This document shows positions 47,250 to 58,202 of a stretch of 64,000 bases of DNA, piece after piece. How positions within the stretch are numbered: the first letter of the stretch is position 1; the number at the start of each line of letters is the position of its first letter. The notes beneath the pieces are model-generated. The model did no database searches. It saw only the letters and a list, made by a program, of their open reading frames with translations, and had not been told where the DNA came from. The translations under genes and the position numbers were made by a program. Origin of the DNA: Schizochytrium sp. TIO01 (lineage: Eukaryota; Protista; Bigyra: Labyrinthulomycetes); the NCBI GenBank assembly GCA_004764695.1, contig SMSO01000037.1:2022747-2086746 (forward strand), given 5' to 3'.

Positions 47250-50030
47250 AGCACAGCTTTCGACAATGCAGAGAATGACGCAGCAATCAATGACAAAGTT
47301 TTGGTGACCTCTGGCAACGATGCAACTAATGCGCGTGATGGCTCCTCGGAATCTACGTTGAGTAGGGCAGGGAAGTGCAATGATTGATGGTGCGACAATC
47401 AAAATTGATAGTCTTGCTAGATACAGGAGTTATTGCTGTTCTATCTCCATTCAAATTGTTCAACACTGATGTGGCATGCAAGAAAAACTGTTCACAATTT
47501 TGGTGGAAATCGAAGACTAAAACATGCGTAATGAAAATAATGGCTATTCTCTCATTTTTGGAGACGAGATTAGATCCACTGAAAGGACAAATGAGCATAA
47601 TGGTTTAATCGTTGTTGAATTTTGTAAAGACGAACCCTAATCGGACTCTTCTCGCCACGCTATAGAAGATGAAAAAAACAGAAAGAGCTCTGAAAATGTG
47701 GATGGGAACAACGATGCATCATTGGAACAATTCATCCATGGCTCCGTTCCAAGTATCGTTTGTAGATTTAAACTTGAAATCATATACAGGTGGAGGGAAG
47801 CGAAATTGACCATGATTTAAAGGGGCAAGTGAGCACTAAGACACGGAAAGGAATGGACTTTGATTGAATGTTAAAACGGTACATTTCAGTGCGGTACACG
47901 GAAGCGAACCATTTCAAATTGAAAAGAGATGAAGTGACAAAATATCACCTCGGCAGTGCAGATTTTCACTTTGCTGTGATTACGCACCGGGAGCTTTATC
48001 CTATCAGATTAGTTGTGAATCGTTCGAGAAACAAAGCTATAAATAATGTATCATCTTTGAAAATAAGACATGAAGAGAGCATTGCAAGACGCATTCCAAA
48101 TCAGATACACGTATAAAGTACAGTCGTCCTGATAAACTGCTGTGTACGTGGGCGAAGTGCATTCAAATAGTGAAGGGAGCGATGAATATTTCGCCAGGTA
48201 AATTGGAATAGATTAATCACTGCTGAGAACTCCAATCCAAGGCACTAGTGGAAAAGGATTTTCTACTCGAGTTCAAAACATCCCGCTGTAAGACCGAATG
48301 GGTATAGGGCTTGCATAGAATAAAAATATATAAATAGACATACGTGATGGAGGAGGCACGATTCAAGTGTACATGCACATTTCCTAGCGTCAAGTATGGT
48401 AAAATCAAAATTGATGTTTGAAGAGGTCAGGTAATCTAGTCTCGTCAAGCGTGTCTAACACAGATCAAGAATGTCTTAGTTTCCCAATTGCAACATGAAT
48501 TAGACTGATTGGAATCTGATTTCAAGAACAGTAGATAGCTAACTCCTAGAGCCAGCATTTTATTGAGCCTTTTTGAAGCCTTCATCTTCATAGTTGACCT
48601 CTAGCTGATCAGATTCACCTTTCAAGAATTACAATGAAATCGTTGAAGATGACGCTGTTATAGTTGCACTTGATCGCTGTGTTACGTGAACCGTGACGGA
48701 AACAAAGAAAGTAATCGAAATCGAATTTGTAACAGGGCCGCTTTAGATCAATAACAAAAAGAAAAAGAAGACACGGTTGTCGTATGTATGTGGGCGACCA
48801 ATGAGCGCTTCTATTTGCTTAAAGAAGATCTGTACCAGCAAGATGAAGTATATCTTTTTAAAAAAGAAGAAAAAAAGAACACCCCTAACATCGATTATTC
48901 GTCTGGAATGGTCGAATAGACAGAGACAAAAATATCTTTAATGTGTGTGAGGGGCTTTACTTTAAAAAATACTTAAATTTAGAACAGGTGGTAGCTACAC
49001 CCGGAGATCAATTGCCCGATCCGATAGTTTATTGAACGACCAAATCTTCAAACTCATTTCGATAGCCACACATGGAGCGTCGAACTGCCGTAGGAAATGG
49101 GATACGCACTTGGATTACTTTGCTTGCTCACAACCAGAGCATCTCTTCACACCGAGATGAAATGCGTCGATAGGGATACTATTGCAAAATATACACATCT
49201 TGATGTAGAAACGAAAGGTGGAACGGTTGTCCCAAAATGCCAAGGACTAGAATATCGTAAAAAAGTTTGAAAAGCTTGACAGTGAAAGGGCTGAGCTTTC
49301 TCGAGAAATTCAGGAATAAAGTCTGAGACATAATTATCGAAAAATACTGTTGTTTTCCATGTCCTTTCTGCAGTGATAAGAAATCTGAAAACAATTTCAA
49401 ACCTCGTTTGGGTGTGTGCTCAATGATGTTGCAAATGTTTGCGGTGATAGTTGCTTCAGTTTGTTAAGGCAGGTTTCAGAAAGGTAAAATCTTTAAAAAC
49501 ATTAAAATAAACAAGACATTCGTACCAATGAAGCGCATTGAGACAAGCTGTCCAGCTCTATCGAAAGCTCTGAAGCCTCAGTCCATCGTCACATAAGTGG
49601 CATCAAGGCTTGTATGACAAATCGACCTGAGAAATATGGAGCTCACCAGTCCACATCTACCTGTTTTAATTTAACTGCAAGACTATCGGCTATGATAGTG
49701 CAAACTATGGTTATTGTATCTTTCGTGAACTATTGTAAAGACAAAGTGGTACATTCAGACCTATCATAGTGCAGGCAACTTTGGAAAGGGATCCAGTGAA
49801 CAAAATGTATGACCAAAGTCGTTTAAGCAATGAATATTTGATCCTTTTGGCTTTCGGAGAACTCATGGATTTCCTAGAAAGAGCTCTCAATGAAAAAACG
49901 CAACGGCGATATCTCCCATATAGTTAACAAGATGAATCATTTCTTATAAGTTAGAAAATGGTTTCAACGAACCGGTGGTCATTTGACAATATTCTTCCTA
50001 CATCCCTCTCCACTACGTTTGTCTTTTTAC
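47250..50030 (+). pseudogene. Possible decayed coding relic (unidentified)
   Basis: Protein-like reading stretches interrupted by isolated stops and frameshifts (e.g. NIVKKFEKLDSERAELSREIQE*; MYDQSRLSNEYLILLAFGELMDFLERALNEK). No SSRs and no recognisable domain. Confidence 0.25.
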
Positions 50031-51077
50031 ACATATAAATAGGTCAAGAAAAACTCCTATTGAGATTATTAGAGGAACTGGCAAGGAGTAATGTCTGTCT
50101 GATATATTAAAAAACAATATTATGACGAATTTGCTATGTTTTGCAAACCTTGGAAGCTTGTTCTCCGTGAATTTTACATTGGTTGTTGCAGATCCCGCAC
50201 GCTCCTGCAGATAGCTCTCTGATAATACCAATCATTTTGTGCATCACCCGAGAGCAGAACGCTCTGTTAAATGTCCCCATGCCAAAAGTATTTCTTCTTC
50301 CTCTATCTCTCATCTATAGGTGGCATTAGCACAGGTTTAAGTGACGCAATTTTCGGGCGCAACACGCTCAGCCTGCGCAATGTGCAACCTCATTTCCTCT
50401 TTCGCACTCAGATCTAGTACAAAACAAACCTGGGTTTTACAGTATATGGTCTCATGTTTACCTGACCCTGATCAGTATCCCTATTGCTTGTTTTTGTTGT
50501 TCTTGCGCAAGTTTCCGTCGGCCAGCTCACGGGTGCTGAGACTTTTAAGAATCCTTTTTATATATAGCACTTGTATGTGATAATTTTCAGCAGAACTCAG
50601 TCCTTTGCGTTGCTTTTATGTTGTGTACTATTGACCCTGGTGTTGACAGTATCTTATAGTTGTATGGTCTAGTAGTTGCTGCATTGCGCAATCACGACTG
50701 CACAAGCCGTATTACAAATAATTGTAGCGATATCGATAAGTGCGTTAGAGTGGGTAGGTGCAACTGGGGAGTGCAAGATATAATACGAGTTAGATATGTG
50801 TAAAAGTAATCTTCTTCTAGTTTAATGTTTTTGTTTCCTCTTTAGTGTGAAGAAATAAGTGTATTTTTAATTACTATAACCAATGAGGAAGGGAAAGATG
50901 ATGAAAGAGGTTGGTGACCTTGAGCTGGCAGGCAGAATCCGATCGGGTTGAGCTAGCTTTTGCTAGTCCGTACGAGACTGTGGCGCGGTACTGAGACAAG
51001 ACTCGTTGTCATCCCTCGTGGCAAGAAACAACCCTTGAGGGATTTCGTATCTTAATATACACCTTGGACACTTCAAG

Positions 51078-52352
51078 ATGTCGCAGCCCGGAAGCAGCAG
51101 CAACAGTTGCGCGTACAACAACGCCTTCACCTACGTCGCAGCAGCAGCTGCCGTAGCTGGCGTCTTTGCCGCAGGAATTGCCGTAGGAAAGTGCCAGAAG
51201 AAGGCCGCCAAGAAGTGCGAAGTCGGTACCATCCAGGGCACTGGCCCTGTGGTCCTTCAGGGCCAGAAGGGTATTGCCAAGGCTGGCAAGTTCGAAGTGG
51301 CTACTCGCGATGGCTTCATTGAGGCCTTCAAGGGCATTGCCGAGGAGCTTTGTGGCGACCTCTCCAAGTACGAGCTTGAGCACCTCATCGCCAAGCCTAT
51401 GCAGCGCATGTTGGACTACAATGTTCCCGGCGGCAAGTTGAACCGTGGTCTCACCGTCGTTCACGCCGCTCTTGAGATTGCAAAATCCAAGGGTCCCCTC
51501 GCCCCCGCTGCTGAGGAGCGCCTTCGTGCTCGTGCTGCCGTACTTGGATGGTGCATTGAGTGGCTCCAGGCATCGTTCCTTGTCTCTGATGACCTCATGG
51601 ACTCCTCCATCACCCGCCGTGGCCAGCCCTGCTGGTACAAGAACGAGGATGTCGGATTCATTGCTGTCAACGACGCTCTCATTCTCATGACCCAGGTCGA
51701 TGTTCTTCTGTACAAGATGTTCGCAGATGAGGATCCTGGCCTCTTCTTGCACGTGCACCGCATCATGACTGAGACTACCTACCAGACCGAGATGGGTCAG
51801 TTCCTCGATTTGTCCACGCAGCCGCCCCAGGGTCCCATCAACCTCGAGCTGTACACGAGCGAGCGCCACTACAACATTGTCAAGTACAAGACCGCATTTT
51901 ACTCTTTCTACGCACCCATTGCCTTTGGTATGGCCGTTGCTGGAGTTCGTGACAAGGCCAGCCTTGATATTGCTCGCGAGATCTGCGTGAAGATGGGCGT
52001 GTACTTCCAGGTTCAGGATGACTACCTTGACTGCTACGGCGAGCCTGAGGTCATTGGCAAGATTGGCACGGATATCCAGGACGGCAAGTGCAGCTGGCTC
52101 GTGACTCAGGCCCTTACCCGTGCTTCTGATGAGCAGAAGGCTCGCCTCAAGGCCAACTACGCCAAGGATGACCAGGAGTGCATCGAGAAAGTCAAAGCCA
52201 TCTACCGCGAGCTCGACCTTGAGAGCGAGTACCACAAGTACGAGGAGGCTATCTACAAGGAGCTCTGCAATGACATTGAGACCAAGGTCAAGACTGTTCC
52301 TAAGGAGATCTTCTACGCACTCCTCAAGAAGATCTACAAGCGCTCCAAGTAA
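51078..52352 (+). CDS. FPPS: Farnesyl diphosphate synthase (eukaryotic type I FPPS, possibly bifunctional FPP/GGPP synthase), 424 aa
   Basis: GGKLNRG, FARM DDLMD..SITRRGQPCWY, GQFLD, YKTAFYSFY, SARM FQVQDDYLD, GKIGTDIQDGKCSW, C-terminal KIYKRSK. Confidence 0.97.
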   Translation: MSQPGSSSNSCAYNNAFTYVAAAAAVAGVFAAGIAVGKCQKKAAKKCEVGTIQGTGPVVLQGQKGIAKAGKFEVATRDGFIEAFKGIAEELCGDLSKYELEHLIAKPMQRMLDYNVPGGKLNRGLTVVHAALEIAKSKGPLAPAAEERLRARAAVLGWCIEWLQASFLVSDDLMDSSITRRGQPCWYKNEDVGFIAVNDALILMTQVDVLLYKMFADEDPGLFLHVHRIMTETTYQTEMGQFLDLSTQPPQGPINLELYTSERHYNIVKYKTAFYSFYAPIAFGMAVAGVRDKASLDIAREICVKMGVYFQVQDDYLDCYGEPEVIGKIGTDIQDGKCSWLVTQALTRASDEQKARLKANYAKDDQECIEKVKAIYRELDLESEYHKYEEAIYKELCNDIETKVKTVPKEIFYALLKKIYKRSK

Positions 52353-55300
52353 ATTCTCTTGTTATGCTCTTTTTGTGTGGCCTTTGCGGGCCGCTGTTCG
52401 TCGCACATCAAATTTTCTCCATCCAACCCATTATCCTCTCACCCTTTTTGTCAAAAACAAATAAAACCCAAATTCTACGAAATTTGTTGCCCATGTTTAT
52501 TCTCATAGATTTGAGGGCCATTTTCTTTTTCAACCTGTCCCACTCTTGTCTTACTTATGGTATCCCTTTTCCCACACAAAGCGAACCGGGGTAAAAACAT
52601 TTATTTGGTTTATCTTTCATGTTGTGAATAAATCTCAGCACGCCGTTGCGAGAATTTCTTTGTATCTGGATGCTCACATTACAGTGCTTCTCCCTGAATA
52701 AAAATATCACGTAAGTAGGATCTAGACCTTCTTCGTCAGTGCCAGTTCGCTGCCGCTTGTTGTAAGTAGGTAAGTTAAAACAGGTCTTACAGTAGTACAA
52801 AACTATCAAGTTGTTCTCTGTATGCCATGATAGCATTGAAGAACCCAACTTGAAATCATTAAGGGTTATGTCAACTCATAGACCCTACGTACTGGATTGT
52901 CGTAACCTATGTACTAGCCAACAAAGCTCCTTTTTCAACATATCCCTGTTTAGCATTGTTACGTCAGCAATTATGCAGAATGACCCTTTGACTACGTAGT
53001 AAAGTTGTCAACCTAGTGGTTCAGTCAATTTCAGTGCTCATCAGTTGCTATGGGAATAGTAAATTCAAGTTGCGTGCTAATTGATCATGCTCGCTCTTAA
53101 AATGAAACAAGAACCTTGCAAATAGGCTGACCTCCCATTCCTCAATCCAAAACACTCGGTCTCATATGATTTCAAACAAATCTAACTACCCCCTATTTAG
53201 TCAGCTCCTAATTATTTGTACTTGCAGGTTCGCTTATCCATTCGCAACCACGCAATGCGCAGCTTGAAACCTCCACATCCCAGATTTTCCATCCCCTTCG
53301 TGCACCACTGTACTACTACCTTTCTAGCACTGCTATTCAGCCTTATAATAGACGTACTTAGCATGTGTACCTAAGCCATCAATAATACTCACTCAGACAA
53401 TCAATCAATCAGTCAATCAATCAGATCATCAGACAACCAAGGCTGATGCTACGAGTGCCTATGAGGTATTTAGGCATGTAACTAATCTACTTTCATAAGC
53501 TAGGCCTATAGTATTTTTCTGCTGTCAATGATCGTGTGGTGGTGGGTGGGCACCTCCAAGAAATGGATGGACACTAGCAAGATGTGATAGTTCGGGGCAT
53601 TATGGCGCCGGACTTTGCGTGGCTCCGGCGATTGAGGCAAGACCAAGTGCAGCAAAACTTGCTGCAGACCTCGAACTCCTCAAGGTCCAACTCTTGTGGC
53701 GGTCTGCGGCAGTGACGAGCCCCCTTGGGACTCGTTGCAAGCCCTCCGCCCAGGTGGCTGTAAGCCATGCGTGTCTGACTTGTCTTCAAGACAGTCTATT
53801 CGCATTGAGGTACGTGATAATTTTGAGTGATTGTCAGATCAAGTTGGTGTGGTTGAAAATGAAGGGTCTATGCCTGCCTGCCAAAAAACGCCGCTTCAAG
53901 CATGAAGAGTGTGGCTTGCGTGGCTCGGAAAGGGAGATTCGCACGATTAAAAGTATCGGCGTCCGCTCTGGCGTGTTCGGACATGTCCGGATCGACAGAG
54001 ATGCGGAACGGCGCAATGCTTTGTCAATCTTGTGCAAAAGAGGCGAGTTAACGTTTGCCCCTGCCCTGCTGGTGTATCGGAAGCCCTAGGGCCCTCACCG
54101 TGGCTTGTGCAGGTAGTATCCGTTGTCTACTCGAATATTCTCTTATTTCGCTTTGACTTAGGCACGTTTCTTTGATCATGGCGGTTTATGCCGGAGTGGG
54201 TGGGTGTGGAAAGTAAAGTTTGTAGATATCATCTCGCACAGACCCCATGCATACCACTAGAGACCAGTGAAGACCCAACTAGCTTTGACGAGCATATGCT
54301 TGAATCTTCCGTGTTGATATTCATTGCTGAGGTCTTCCGTTGTATGCTGGACTCGAGATTTTCTCGGAATCGGAAAAGGACGATTTTACTCTTGAACCGT
54401 GTTGTTGATTTAAAGTATGAAAACATCACAAGAAGCTGATTCCTATCCGCAGAACCTGATCAGCATAGTAAGCTTGCTCAGTCAAATGGGTTGCCTGTTG
54501 TGTTGAAGGCGCAGTCCTTGAAGAGGAGTATTTAGTGGATTGTGCCGGAGATGTTATCAAGAGAGGGTGTAAGATTGAGTTTAGTCTCGGACCGTTCTGT
54601 TGTCGTTGGCGCGCAACATTTGAGTCGTGAGCAAAGTACGACCCATGAGGAATTCGTATAACGCTTGGCTTCTGATCAGGCTGCCGCCAAGATGCGAGCC
54701 GTCTCTGAAGACTAAAACGTTGCTATTCTGAGGTTGATCGCTAGACAAGTTTTAGCAGGATTCTTCTTTTCGCTTTTAGTTGCTTATATTTGCTGAGCTC
54801 GATTGGATGTAAATTTCAACGTTTCGCCCGTGATGTTCAAACCTTAGGACACCTTCAGATAGACTCCAAAAGAGGGTTTAAATGAGACACGCTAAGTGAG
54901 ATTTCTGATGGCTATTCGTTTGAGATATACTCTAATCATACGAGCAATAATATTAGTAAATAAAGGTGCGGGGAGTCCGGTTGAAATGCAGAAACATTCA
55001 CATGACTATGCAACACTCGTCTTGTAGGGTGGTCCTCGACAGGGTCGAGATGAGATAGGGTCGGGCAGTTACCGTTTGGTGACGCGCTGTCAATAAAAAA
55101 GCACTCGAGGTCACTGCCCTTCACAGTCTCTCGAGCCGTCTTGGTAGCGTAGAGAAACCGTACCCGGATCGGGTGAATGGTGCGGAGGATCTGACATCGT
55201 TCAATACTGGCCGAACATACTTACTGACTTATCATTGTTATTTTGTCTTTTTACAAAATTCACAGCATTCAGACCCCGACTTATTAATCCTTTGTAAGGA

Positions 55301-56017
55301 TCATGATGTTTTATTATCTGTAAATTTACATTCATGTTAATACTTTTTATTTCTTCTTTTACATTCCGATTTTTATTTTAGTAATCTGAAATTTATGTTC
55401 ACTTCAAAACCATAGGCTAGTCCTTGCCCTCGGTGGATTTTATAAATTTCTGATGTGCAGATTGCAGAAAGATTTTATAGCCCTGTACTTTAGGAAACGG
55501 ACTACGCTTGTGCGGGATGGCCGTGTTTAATTTTGAAGTACTTGATCTTTTTTGTCACGTCTGTGTTTCAGGGTTAGGCGTATATTTATTGTGTAGTGGG
55601 TTAGCCAGATAAAGTCTGTGTCAACACATCTAGCCTCAAGGCCTCTCTCTGCTCTTGAGCTTATTTTATTATAATTATTTATAAGAAAGTAGGTACCTCA
55701 GTCGTAGCACGAGGTAGTAGTATCAATTCTATTCTCTTGATACTTATTGCTTAATTAATAGTATTGCTAGAAGTAGATATAGGTCCCGTGCGTGCACAAT
55801 CAACGCGTGCCGCCACGGTTTGCAATTATTGTCAAAACGCAAGTCATAATCGATCAGAATTCGTTGGGGGACGACGCACCATTGAGTAGCATCGGAAATC
55901 TTTATCTGGGATTATCTGCTAAAGAACAGGAAATACTAAAGTTCGAAAGTGGGTGGCAATTCGTACCATACACCAGCGAGGGCAATCTAACACCCTGAGC
56001 GGGTCGTACCTTTAGTC

Positions 56018-57853
56018 ATGCCGGAGCGACTAGATAGCCCTGTGCAAACATGTTTGAATCCTGCAGCTACAGACGAAGCTTGCTCGTCACCTCCTCCTTT
56101 GAATGAAGCATCTATGAATGAAGCCTCATTACCAAGTCACGTTGCAGCAGAGTTTGTCGAGGCCACAAACGAGCAACCTGAACATGATATTCAATCTCAA
56201 TCTCAAGCTTACCCAAATGATGCGAGGCCAGAACTTGAAAGAAAATTGATGAAGTTTACATATGCTGATGAAGTCAAACAACCTTTAGCTGAAATATCAT
56301 GTGGATCAGCATCTACAGGACAAACTCAAACCTACATCTTTTGTGATGACGAAGACCAGGCAGTGGAATTGCTGCGACGAGCAGCTTGTGGAGATGAGCC
56401 AAAAGTTGATGAAGTGCTCCTTATTGAAGAATTAAGTAGTGATGAGGATGAAGAAGCTTTTCAGCGTAGACTTCAGCAAGAGGTTATGAATCACTTATTG
56501 CGACAGCAAGAACCAGTGCGTCAAGATTGTCATCGCATTAAACCTACTAGCGTCTTAGAGTTTGTCAAGGACTTGAGGTCTGATACTGGTAGCGACCCGA
56601 ATGATGATTGCACAAAAGGTAATGAATTGAGACATAGTAATTTCGCAGATAATTTGGGCTTCGAAGAACAGTTTACAAGAAAAGCGCCAGGCTCCCTTAG
56701 CTCACCCACTTTATTATCCACAGAGTCACGCATGCAACATAAATCGCAAAAGCTGCGCAAGGTGCACCAATCTAAGAATTTCAATGAGTATGTAGCTAAA
56801 AGAGAAAAAGGTGGAAAGTCTCGTAAACACGGTGGATTTAAGCATGTGGGACGCCCCGACGATGAGTTGGAACCAATTGAACTGATTTGGGATGTGAACA
56901 TGCCAATGCTTCAGGATCATGCAGGACGTATTGTGAGTTTCTTTGTCCCTCCTGTTGTGTACCTTCCGGTCATGTTTCTAGTAAGAGTGTTTGTCCTCTG
57001 GCCAGTTTTCTTTATTATGCGAGCATCACGTTTTACCGTGAAGGTGTTGGTCCTTGTTTGGTCAATTTTCAAAGGTTTAATCAAAGCAGGGCTGTTTTTC
57101 CCCCATCAGTTGGCTTTAAGAATTCTGCAGTACACAGAAGGTTTCGCATATAGTGTCTTCGGTTACTTCGATCTTTTGAAGAACCAAATTGTAGAACTTT
57201 ATTGGAGTTTTAAAGAGTTAGGTGCATTACTGATTGAAGGCATCCAGGACCGTTTTTCACGACGCCGTCGTCGCCGTCGACACTTCCGTCGTGTGCTGGT
57301 TCTGCGGTTATTGCGTCTCTGGGATGTAATTCTTGATAGTTTTGAGTCTCTTGGGCGTCTCATTTACCTTTTGTTTTTGCCTGCCCGTGTTATTTATCAA
57401 GCTTTGCAGTCATGTGCCACAGCAACAAATATTACTTTGTCAGGCTTTTGGGGTATTCCAATGCGCGTGGGTTCCTTTGTAATTAATTCGCCGTATATTT
57501 TTGGACGACAAGGGAAGCGAACTGTCAAATTCTTCAGAAAGAATCGCAAAGATGTTGCAGACGTGTTGATTGCGCTAGGTTTCTTATTGATACTTGGGAT
57601 GATAATCTCTGGGACATTTATTCCTTTCCTACGAAGCATATTGCACATTTTTGGAGCAATTCTGGAGCTGTTGTTTGGACGCCTCACCAAATTGCAACTA
57701 CCACGTTTGCGCCTCCCAAGATTTAATATGGCAAAATTGAAGGATGCCATGCCGTTTTCTCTTCCAAAGCTGCCAATGCCAGACTTTGGACTGCTTTTTG
57801 GACTTCGTGAGCGAACATTTATGGAGAAGGTTGCTTATGCGTTCTTCTCATAA
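56018..57853 (+). CDS. Hypothetical membrane protein, 611 aa (acidic disordered N-half, hydrophobic/amphipathic C-half)
   Basis: Long uninterrupted ORF with ATG start; hydrophobic segments (IVSFFVPPVVYLPVMFLVRVFVLWPVFF; VLIALGFLLILGMIISGTFIPFL). No domain recognised. Confidence 0.75.
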   Translation: MPERLDSPVQTCLNPAATDEACSSPPPLNEASMNEASLPSHVAAEFVEATNEQPEHDIQSQSQAYPNDARPELERKLMKFTYADEVKQPLAEISCGSASTGQTQTYIFCDDEDQAVELLRRAACGDEPKVDEVLLIEELSSDEDEEAFQRRLQQEVMNHLLRQQEPVRQDCHRIKPTSVLEFVKDLRSDTGSDPNDDCTKGNELRHSNFADNLGFEEQFTRKAPGSLSSPTLLSTESRMQHKSQKLRKVHQSKNFNEYVAKREKGGKSRKHGGFKHVGRPDDELEPIELIWDVNMPMLQDHAGRIVSFFVPPVVYLPVMFLVRVFVLWPVFFIMRASRFTVKVLVLVWSIFKGLIKAGLFFPHQLALRILQYTEGFAYSVFGYFDLLKNQIVELYWSFKELGALLIEGIQDRFSRRRRRRRHFRRVLVLRLLRLWDVILDSFESLGRLIYLLFLPARVIYQALQSCATATNITLSGFWGIPMRVGSFVINSPYIFGRQGKRTVKFFRKNRKDVADVLIALGFLLILGMIISGTFIPFLRSILHIFGAILELLFGRLTKLQLPRLRLPRFNMAKLKDAMPFSLPKLPMPDFGLLFGLRERTFMEKVAYAFFS

Positions 57854-58202
57854 TACTGACCGTAGAGCATATAATTTTAAAGTAAGGCAACCTTAACATT
57901 TGTTTTCATTTCGTTGATCTTGCTTTATTTTAAAAAGTTAAACAGAAGAACTCCACTTTTCTCTTAATTCTCGCTACTTTTGAGCCTAGATTGCATCCAT
58001 GGAATAATATTGAGTGATTAACAGAAAAAAATAATTGATCTGTAAGCAAGCACTAAATAGCGTCCAAGTAAGGTGATAATTTGGTTGACGAAAAATTAGT
58101 TCTCATTATTAAATCTTATTGATACATACATACGAATATGATGAATAAATGACTTGCTGCTTGCAACTCCATGAGAAGTGTAGAGAGTAAGTTGTTTTCA
58201 CA

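Noticed and set aside
51009-52235. 408-aa antisense ORF over FPPS (also antisense ORFs over the CSP and Zn2Cys6 genes)
   Set aside because: Shadow ORFs expected from the codon bias or low complexity of the sense genes; no domain features.
54433-54482. TPP-riboswitch-like word GAACCTGATCAG
   Set aside because: Lacks the conserved UGAGA loop and the 3' CGNAGG needed for P4; no adjacent thiamine gene.
54962-55230. RNase P/MRP RNA (GGGGAGTCC) or U1 snRNA (ATACTTAC)
   Set aside because: No complementary 3' P4 strand, and the U1 match stops after 8 nt with no Sm site context.
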